Assembly: GCA_951406725.2 (NCBI GenBank)
Contig: OX597832.1
Location: forward strand, 2,728,001 to 2,792,000
Source of the DNA: Octopus vulgaris
Taxonomy: Eukaryota
Direction of reading: 5' to 3'
Length of the DNA: 64,000 nucleotides
The position numbers and the translations under genes were made by a program. The notes beneath the pieces were generated by a model that saw only the letters and a program-made list of their open reading frames with translations, searched no databases and was not told where the DNA came from. Below, piece by piece: positions 54,047 through 64,000 of this stretch (position 1 is its first letter; each line of letters starts with the position of its first letter).

Positions 54047-54451
54047 GTGAGTGAAAGAAAGATTTTGTCACCAATACATAATTAGGTAGATAGATACTTA
54101 AATACATACATACATACATACATACATACATACATACGTACGTACATACATACATACATACATACATACATACATACATACATACATACATACATACATA
54201 CGTACGTACGTACGTACGTATGTACGTACGTACGCATGTATATATGTGCATATGTGTGTGCGCATGCATGTATATACATATGTATATATGTATACACTAA
54301 TATGTGTGTATATATATATATATATGCGTGTGTGCGTGTAGGTGTGTGTATGTGTGTGTGAGAAACAGAGACAGACATAGAGACTTATCTGTGATTGAAA
54401 TAGTATTGTATATATGCAAATTCATTAGATAGATAGATTGATAGATAGCTA

Positions 54452-54494
<43 letters not shown>

Positions 54495-54495
54495 A

Positions 54496-54570
<75 letters not shown>

Positions 54571-54774
54571 CCTATACATCTGTTTGGATGTACACATAAT
54601 ATGTGTATAGATATATGCATGTATACATTTTATAAACGTACCTAAATATATGTATGTGTGTATGTGTATTATGTGTGTGTGTGTGTATGTATGTACACAA
54701 ATAATGTGCAGGTGTGTGTGTGTGCATATACATATATGTGTGTATATACACACCTAAAAATATGTGTGCATACA

Positions 54775-54806
<32 letters not shown>

Positions 54807-55502
54807 AATAGTTACATTGATAGATTAAATAACCAGGAATTGGAATTTAATTTTCCTTTATTTCTAAACATAATATAATAAATATAATTTTGTTCCTTAT
54901 TTCAATTAGTTATATATACATTCATTTACATATACGATATGATAGCAGAAGGGAATATATTTCCTATTAATAGGAAACTGTATTCTTTGTAAATTTATTT
55001 GGCAGTTTTTAATTATGTAACAAATATATCAAATATCATAAAAAATATTTCACTATATTTAACAAAAGGGAGAACTGTAAGTGAAGTGCCTTGTGCAATT
55101 TAATGCCATCTTTTCATATTCTAAATTTAAATCAGGTTGAAGTCATCTGGAGTTTAATTACAGAATATAACCAGTAATATTCTGTAATTTAACTCAGTGT
55201 GGACCTCCCCACCTTCTTCAGCATTAATGGCAGTGTGTGTGCGTTAAAAATCAATACATTTAGCAAGGATAAATTTTAGAGTAAACTGTGAATTATAAAT
55301 TGTTTTGATGTTTATTAACTGGAAGCTTATGAAAACCCAGATAAATAAAGTAAATTAATTGCCTTAGTATCGTTACAACTGATTAGCTTGGTTACATACA
55401 AGTTTAATTGATATGGTAAAATGAATTAATAAATCAGATTAAATCAAATCAACAAAAAGGAAACTATTTGTATATATGTGTGTGTGTGTCTCTGTGTGTG
55501 TG

Positions 55503-55605
55503 CAGTGGTGGCTGTGTGGTAAGAAGCAAATATCTTCTACTATAGTCTCAGGCCAACCAAAGCCTTGTGAGTAGATTTGGTAGACAGAAACTGAAAGAAG
55601 CTTGT
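55503..55605 (+). mobile_element. CORE-type SINE fragment
   Basis: gtggctgtgtggtaag...ccttgtgagtagatttggtagacagaaactgaaagaagc. Confidence 0.7.
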
Positions 55606-55628
55606 GTGTGTGTATACCTACATGCATT

Positions 55629-55674
<46 letters not shown>

Positions 55675-55702
55675 AATGTATGTATATATATGCGTGTGTG
55701 TA

Positions 55703-55770
<68 letters not shown>

Positions 55771-56924
55771 ATACATATAACTATATATGTATATAGTACA
55801 AGGCTATAGATTTTAGAGGAGAGGCATTATTGTTTTTACCTACCTCCAATACCTGACTAGTACATATTTTAATGACCTCAGAAAGATGAAAGACAACCCT
55901 AATTGAATTTGCACTCAGAACATAAAGGGACATAACTAAATACTACAAGATACTCAATCCTGTCATACATATATCTAGACATGCAATTATATGCACAAAA
56001 ATACATACATAAAATAAAACATACAAATCTGCACATGCACTGATTACAAATACTGCACATATACACACAAATACCCTGTTGATGTGGAAATTCCAGTAAA
56101 GGAGCCCTGGTTCTAGGTTAGAAACCAGTTCTTTCTCTATTGGCAAGAAATCTTGAAATAAAACTGAATTATAGCTTACATTTCACCATTTTCGTTTCTT
56201 TAACATCTACTTTGCTATGCTTGCAAAGTTTCTTGAGGTGGATTTTACATGGCTGAATGCCTTTCTGATGCCACCTGCAGCTGTTCCTAAGTCAGGTAAT
56301 ATTTCCCCATCACCAGACATGTTCTCACAAAATATTGGAAATGAATCACACTGCTTATATGAAAGTGACACTCATTTACAACTATTACGGTACATTAAGA
56401 CAAAGAGATACAAACATATACACACACATACATACATGTGTACATACACATGTATACATATACAATGAGTTTCTTTCAGTTTCTGTCTACCAAATCCAGT
56501 CACAAAGCTTTGGTACCAAGCTGTGGGGGTTAAACCAAGAACCATGTTGTTTGGAAGAAGAATTCATAGTCACACAGCCATGCCTGTGCCTATAAATATA
56601 CTGTATATCATGCCATAAAAGATGCATAACCATATTAGATGCAGCCCAATTTTAATGGTGCTTATGTACAAAAAATTTTTCAGTGCATTAAAGCATGCAA
56701 TATAGACCCAACTTTACATATAGCACCCAGGGTGATCTGTTTGTGATACATTTCTGGGAAAAAGTCTGTGGTATATGCCATCAAATACAGCTTATAAATC
56801 TATCTATCTACCTATCTGTATGTGTGTGTGTGTAATGTACTGTGCCATGATGGAAAATTCAACAAAAAAAGTACTTCATCTGGTGAGAGGTAAATTAATG
56901 TTATATATATATATATATATAAGC

Positions 56925-57128
56925 ACCTGTGCAGTGTCACATAAAAGTGTCCATGTGGTGCCATGTAAAAGCAGTAAGCACACATTGTAAAGTGGTTGGT
57001 GTTAGGAAGGGCATCAAGCTGTAGAAACAATGCCAAATCAGCTGGAGTCTGGTGCAGTTCCCCAGCGTGCCAGCTCTGGTCAAGCCATCCAATCCATGGA
57101 CAACAAATGATGGTGATGATAATGATGA
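56925..57128 (+). mobile_element. RTE LINE 3' UTR fragment
   Basis: gttaggaagggcatcaagctgtagaaac, with a (GAT)n-like tail. Confidence 0.7.
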
Positions 57129-57329
57129 TATACATATATATATATAAACACACATTCATACACACATGCGCTCACACACACACATATATATATATACACA
57201 CACATATATTATCATCATTATCATCATTGTTTAATGTCCATCTTCCAAGTATGCATGTATATACATATATATATATATATATATGCATATATATATATAT
57301 ATACATTCATACATACATACATACATACA

Positions 57330-57409
<80 letters not shown>

Positions 57410-57734
57410 TATATATATATATGTGTGTGTGTGTGTACATATATGCACACACAAACACACATATATATACACATAAACAGCTGACAACTGATGAAGGGTC
57501 ATTCTTTATGTTACTTGTCTTGTTTTCCATTTGTTTCCCCTCGTTGTTTGCAAAAAACAGTTTGTCTTCATATTTCATATTGTTTTTTGTATTTCGGATT
57601 TCATGTAGTTTACATTTTGTGATGTCCTGTACCCATATATGCATAGATATATACATATATATATATGTCAGCATGTACATGTCTATATATATGCCTATAG
57701 ATATATTTTATTTATATTATATATATATATTTAT

Positions 57735-58055
57735 AATTAATCCAAAAAAATGAAGAAAACACACAAGAAAAAATAACAACACGAGGATGAGGTACATGCA
57801 AAATATTAAATGACATTCAGGGAAGGAAAGAAATGGTGTTTTTTATGTTTCAAGCAAAGCTCAGTGATTTTTTCTCCTCCATCTTCCTTTTCTCTTGGAC
57901 TTTCCTCTGTCTCCTGTTTCTGAAGAAGAGCTTTGTTTGAAACATAAAACACACTTTCTTTCTTTCCCTGAGCATCTTTTAATACTAAGCATGTATCATA
58001 TCCTCACTTTGATGTTTTTTTCTTGTTTTTTTTTTCCCTATTTTGGTATTAACTA
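57735..58055. repeat. Inverted Penelope-type terminal repeat with a decayed hammerhead (57916-57950)
   Basis: Arms ~57735-57861 and ~57928-58055 are complementary; gttt-CTGAAGA-agagc ttt gttt-GAAAC-ata-aaac. Confidence 0.6.
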
Positions 58056-58195
58056 TTTACCACATGCTCACACAGTCTCCACCACCTTCTGACTGGCTTT
58101 GGAGTATCTAATTCATCGAATTCTTTCTACCATCGGATTACATTACCTTATTCATTTGGAGTACACTATTTCCGCACCTTGATTTTATATATATA

Positions 58196-59039
58196 CTAGC
58201 AGAATTGCCCGGCGTTGCTCGGGGCTGAATTGCTTGAAAGTACTGTTAATGATTGCACTGAATTATGATGATTATTCAGGCAAATATTGATATAAGTTTA
58301 CGGTGGGAGATAAGGACTTAACGATCAAACGTGTGCCATTGCATTGTTTTGGGGGAACCAAATTTCTGATGAGCATTATAGGGGCACCAACTTTAAGTTT
58401 GAGAAAGTGTGGTGGTAGTCCGGGGTGCTCAAAGGAATTGAGTACCTCAATTGGATAGTTGATGACGTCCTCTGGGTCAGGAGTTGTATTGATAGACTGA
58501 TATACATAGACTTCCCCAGGAATGAGTTTTAGCATTTCATCATTAATATGGTGAACAGTTTTATTCCTCGGGGCCAGTATAGCCTTTTGGCCAATCCAAT
58601 CCATATTCTGATAATTAGCTTGTAGATCTGGGAACACTGCATCTCTGAGATCAGAAGGCGTCTTAACAATGGTACAAATGGAATCGATGGCAATATTACC
58701 ATTTTCATCCCCTGGTATTTTGCCTTCGCCAAGTGCAAGGAGGGTGTGAGGAAATGCTGCTGATGTGATATTACGTCGCATATGAGCACGCATATTGGTG
58801 TGAAGTTTGAGAGTTACTTCCCTTTATTTAAAAAATATGCATTAAAATGGAAAAAAATGATGGTAAATTATTTGTAAAATCATAGACTCATCGTAGACGC
58901 GCGCTAATACCCAGAAGGGCTCGATATGAATCACGACTATAAGATACCCGGTTTTGGTTAAACTGCATCGCAAAATGTGGGAGTAGTTAGGAATCTAAAT
59001 CGGAGTAGACAGACACACAACCTTTCTTTTATATATAAA
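58196..59039 (-). mobile_element. Internally deleted Helitron with a PIF1 helicase fragment (58272..58793)
   Basis: Minus-strand 3' end is the hairpin cccgagcaacgccggg plus CTAG|T; 5' end is TATATATAAAAG-like. Motifs AILAPRNKTV, LNSFEHPGLPPHFLKLKVGAPIMLIRNL and CNGTRL. Confidence 0.9.
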
Positions 59040-59040
59040 T

Positions 59041-59392
59041 ATTTTCGTCCTAAAAAACTTTGTATGGATTGAATGGTTACCTCTATGGAAATATATACAC
59101 GCACATTATACATACATGTGTGTATAGATGAATATATAAATACATTTAAATATCTATATACACTTTTGGGCGATCTTTCTGTTTCTTAGAGATAACTTTA
59201 GATCTTATTTTCGTCCTAAAAAACTTTGTATGGAGTGAATGGTTACCTCTATGGAAATATATACACACACATTATACATACATCTGTGTATAGATGAGTA
59301 TATAAATACATTTAAATATCTATATACACTTTTGGGCGATCTTTCTGCTACTTGGATATACGTTAGGTCTTATATTCGTCCTAAAAAAACTT
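59041..59392. repeat. ~165-bp tandem duplication (2 units plus a partial third)
   Basis: attttcgtcctaaaaaactttgtatgga...gggcgatctttctg repeats at ~59041, ~59207 and partly at ~59373. Confidence 0.9.
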
Positions 59393-59925
59393 TCCTGTCA
59401 CACACTCACGCACACACACACACCCTCACACACACACACACACACGCACACACACACACACACACACTCACACACACACACACACACACGTTAGCTTACA
59501 ATTTTATTTATATATTTGCGTGTCTATGTGTGTAAAGAGGAAGTGGGAATGCAAAGTGAAAGAGTCAGTCACTACAAAAAGTGAATTACTTTCACTTTAT
59601 TCGTTGCACACTGTGTGTGTGCGTGTGCTGTAGCCCACACTAAGAAAAGCATTTGACTTATACACCACAATGTGAGTTTTCTCTAAATTTTGCTTAATTG
59701 GGGTTGAAATTTTAAAAAGTGGACCTGGCAAGACCCAATGCATTCTACTCTTAAAAATGCTAGGTAAATTGTAATTGAAGAAATCCTATATTGTAGATTT
59801 CTATGAGAGACAAAGGGAGGCAGATAAAATCTGCCTTTTATAATAAGAGATATATATACATATATATGTATGTATATATATACATATATATATATATATG
59901 TATATATATACATATATATATATGT

Positions 59926-59979
<54 letters not shown>

Positions 59980-60114
59980 TATATACACATATACATATAT
60001 ATATATGTATGTATATACATATATATATATACATATATGTATATATATATTTATGTATATAAATATATGTATGTATAAACATATATATACATATATACAT
60101 ATATGTATGTATAT

Positions 60115-60423
60115 CACATGATCACGTGACTGACCAGGCTATCAGATGTTGCTACACATCACTGGTCACAATGTGCTTCACGTTGTTTTAGCCTTCAAAT
60201 GACGCCACCCTGCTGGCTAAGTGAGCAGGCCTACAGAAGAAAGAGTGAGAGAAAGTTGTGGCAAAAGAGTACAGCAGGGATCGCCACCATCCCTTGCTGG
60301 AGCCTCATGGAGCTTTAGGTGTTCTCGCTTAATAAACACTCACAACGCCCGGTCTGGGAATCGAAACCACGATCCTACGACCGCGAGTCCGCTGCCCTAA
60401 CCACTGGGCCATTGTGCCTCCAC
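60115..60423 (-). mobile_element. tRNA-derived SINE (third family)
   Basis: Minus strand ggaggcacaatggcccagtggttagggcagcggactcgcggtcgtaggatcgtggtttcgattccc has A and B boxes followed by a non-tRNA body. Confidence 0.8.
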
Positions 60424-60454
60424 ATGTATGTATATATGTATATATATATATATA

Positions 60455-60900
60455 ACGACGCCGTGAACGCTACATTATCTGTATGATGTGGAAAATATTC
60501 CATCAGCACTGTCCGAATGATGTTGGCATCACCTTCAAAATGCATCCAAGGCTTGGACCACGTGCCATCCGTCCACAACAAAAATCTAAATCGCATCACA
60601 TAACGACAATACGGCACAACTATTTCCCCTCAATTGGACCCGCTCTCTTCAACATTACACCAGGACATGTCAAAAAAGAAACTGACCACACAAAATTCAA
60701 GAAGTCTTTGGACAAATTCCTTCAAACAGTACCGGACAAACCACCCACACCAGGATATGTCTCCGCAAACAATAACTCTCTGCTCAAATGGGCCTTGGTG
60801 CCCAAATCCTGAACTGAAAGACTTCGCCAGGTGGTGCTATTAAGTTAGACATGGCCTGGGCCAATACTGGCCAAAACCTTTCTAAGTTATTCTAAGTTAT
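60455..60900 (+). mobile_element. CR1-group LINE 3' end
   Basis: ORF 60483..60812 has GPALFN.TP...FKKSLDKFLQTVPDKP.TPGY....NSL; tail has ttctaagtta repeats. Confidence 0.7.
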
Positions 60901-60947
60901 ATATATATGTATGTATATACATATATATATACATATATACATATATG

Positions 60948-61025
<78 letters not shown>

Positions 61026-61223
61026 TAAATTAGAGATAAAACCACTATTAGGCAAATCAAACAATGAAAAACTTAAGCCAATACATAAAATTAATTAATT
61101 TAAATTATTTTAAATATATATCAAAAGTATTAAAAGATTAATAAAAGATAATGATTAAAACACTACGATCGTTTCATGGCTGTCCAATTATATATATATA
61201 TAGGTATGTATGTATATATATAT

Positions 61224-61550
61224 ATCATCATCATCATCATTTAACATCTGCTTTCCATGCTAGCATGGGTTGGACAATTTGACTGAGGACTGGTGAACCA
61301 GATGGCTGCGCCAGTCTCCAATCTGATCTGGCAGTGTTTCTACAGCTGGATGCCCTTCCTAGCGCCAACCACTCCAAGAGTGTAGTGGGTGCTTTTACGT
61401 GCCACTGGCACGAGGGCCAGTCTTGCGGTACTGGCAACGGCCACGCTCAAAATGGTGTTTTTTACGTGCCACCCACACAGGATTCAATCTAGCGGCACTG
61501 GCAACGACCTCGCATGTCCTCAGCAGTCACGGCCCATGTTTCACTGCCAT
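61224..61550 (-). mobile_element. RTE LINE 3' fragment
   Basis: (CAT)n tail and the shared RTE 3' UTR. Confidence 0.8.
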
Positions 61551-61589
61551 GTATATACATATGTATATATATGTATGTATATATATATA

Positions 61590-61688
<99 letters not shown>

Positions 61689-61791
61689 GTATATATATAC
61701 ATATATGTATATATATACATATATATATATAAGTTATAATTAAAGTATAAATTTAAAATGGCAGACAGAAACTGGAAAAAGCTCATCGTAC

Positions 61792-61848
<57 letters not shown>

Positions 61849-62140
61849 CATATATATATATATATACATACGTATGTATGTATATATATATATATGTATA
61901 TATTTGTTATATATTTGTGTGTCTGTGTTTTTACCCCTACTATTGCTTGACAACTGATGTTGGCATGTTTACATACCCCGTAACTTAGCAGTTCGGCAAA
62001 AGAGACCGATGGAATAAATACTAGGCTTAGAAAGAATAAGTCCTGGGGTTGATTTGTTTGATAGTGCTTCAGCGTAGCTGCAGTCAAAAGACTGAAACAG
62101 GTAAAAGAATATGTATGTGTGTGTGTGTGTGTGTATCTAC

Positions 62141-62322
62141 ATGCAGTTAAATATATGTCTGGTTATAGAATGACCAATGGTTTTGCATCCATAAAGCGCT
62201 TGGCTTTATAGATGACTCATCAGACTTGGCCATAGGAGTCTTTTGAGTTGTCTATAAAGCTAAGCACTTTATGGATGTGAAACCATTGGTCACTCTATAA
62301 CCTGACATTTATTTAACTTCAT
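62141..62322. repeat. Inverted Penelope-type repeat with complementary hammerhead remnants
   Basis: Arms 62141-62219 and 62244-62322. Minus strand reads CTGATGA-gtcatctataaagc caagc gctttatggatgc-AAAAC-cattg-GTC. Confidence 0.7.
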
Positions 62323-62880
62323 ATCCATACATTACTGCTGTAACCTTTAGAATACACACACACACACACACATGTATGTGTGTAGCTTTATAGCAGAAAG
62401 TTTACTATTCAATCCATAAAGAGATTTATCATTTAAGTACCACACAGGAATATATATTGGGGCCAGTATGAACTCTTTGAATATGGTGCTGCAGTATGGC
62501 CACAATCCAATGACTGAAACCTGTAAAAGAATAAAAGAATATGCCTGTATCTGTGTGTGTGTGTGTGTATGTGTAAAGTGTTTGTTTGTCTTTATTGTTT
62601 GTTACCCCACCATTTCTTGACAACTGGTGTGGATTTGCTTACATCTCTATAACTTACTGGTTCAGCAGAAGAGACCAATAAAATACATAACCAGACTTTA
62701 AAAAATATAAGTCCTGGGGTTGAGTTGTTTGAGTAAACCCTTCAAGGCAGTGTCCTAGTATGGCTGCAGTCCAATGACTGTAACAAGTGAATGATAAACA
62801 GTAAAAGATACATTTAAATTTTCTGTTTATTAGTCAAAAATCAAAGTAACAATCATAAGATGTACAGCATAAGTTTACTA

Positions 62881-63280
62881 ATCATCATCATCATTGTTCG
62901 ACCGTGGTCGAGACAATGGAATTTACCATGCTACGCCAGACTTCACGGTCCATCATGGCATTATGGAGGTCCTGTTGCTGGATGCCTGTATCCCTGGAGA
63001 TTACATTAGGGTAGGAGAGTGTGCGCCCTCTGGTATTGCGAGTAGATGGCTTCCAGAGGAGAAGAGTAGAAATTACCTCTTATTCAGCTCTACAACAATG
63101 TCCAGCAAACTGGACTCCCCTACCTTTCACAAGAGATGACACAGGTGGTAGTTTCCCATATATTTGCATTTTGGTTGGATGGCGCTTCCACGAGAGATTT
63201 TGAGCTCTCATAAGGAGGCGAGTGTAGGTTCCATCCAACCACCTCTCAAGCTTCTTTGATAATGTCCAGGTTTCTGAGTT
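62881..63280 (-). mobile_element. RTE/BovB-like LINE 3' fragment (different family)
   Basis: Minus strand SETWTLSKKLERWLDGTYTRLL...VQFAGHC...AMMDREVW with a (CAT)n tail. Confidence 0.8.
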
Positions 63281-63895
63281 TACTAATAAAAAACGAAAAA
63301 TAGAAATTAGTTGTCTGACATTTTATTTCCTTGAATGGTTAAGAGTTAGCTATGAAGACCAGGCTGAAATTCCTGATGCCTGAATAATGAAATGTCCTGT
63401 TTCAAGTGACAATTATTAATTTCTTTAGTGGATTTGAGCCATCAGTTGACAGTCCATTCTAACTATTACAATCAATCAATTCAGTGACTTCTTTACTATA
63501 TAAAGACAGAAATAATTAAAAAATGATATTACTTATTAAACAGAAATTGCATATATATATAGTATAGTGCATGCTGTCATCATCATCATTGTCCTCGTCA
63601 TCATTTTAACGTATATTTTTCCATGTTTGCATGTGTCAGGCAAACTTTTTGTCAGATGCTCTTCCTGTTACCAACTTGACTTGTTTCCAAACAAGGTAAT
63701 AATAACCGCTCAGTCTATCAAACAACAAATAAATTGGACATGGTTACATGGAAAACTGAAAACAAATGATGCCATTGGAAAAGCAATTGTTTATAACAAG
63801 TGAACAAACATGAGGGAAATATGAATTTTCTCACACAAACAAGCATGCATGCATATATGAATACATGCATGCATATATGAATATATGCATGCATG

Positions 63896-63959
<64 letters not shown>

Positions 63960-64000
63960 TACATAGCTGCCCAGCGGATGTTAACGTAAAGCTGAAGATC

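Overview
This is AT-rich animal genomic DNA dense in microsatellites. Its SINE/LINE repertoire (CORE-type and Meta-type tRNA SINEs, RTE LINEs with (GAT)n tails) suggests an octopus or other cephalopod, which is inference from recalled repeat families. Nearly all recognisable content is decayed mobile DNA: RTE, CR1-like, R4/Dong, L1/Tx1 and Penelope retroelements, a scrambled CsRn1-type Gypsy element, solo LTRs, mariner, Tc1, Chapaev3-like, Merlin-like and hAT-like DNA transposons, a Helitron and an endonuclease-bearing Helentron. No intact host gene is evident; there is one candidate first coding micro-exon at 54019-54046. The most unusual structure is at about 31600-36780: three head-to-tail, diverged units with no reverse transcriptase, each encoding one LINE-ORF1/ZCCHC3-like zinc-knuckle protein and ending in AATAAA. 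They are separated by a recurring CGTTGGTGTTG-like motif and appear embedded in a Helentron-type 3' terminus, suggesting site-specific, ORF1-only non-autonomous retroelements. An apparently intact type I hammerhead ribozyme lies at 40464-40559, with decayed hammerheads in inverted Penelope-type repeats, and a spacerless palindrome of about 310 bp lies at 38131-38442. Coordinates were read by eye and boundaries of decayed elements are approximate.
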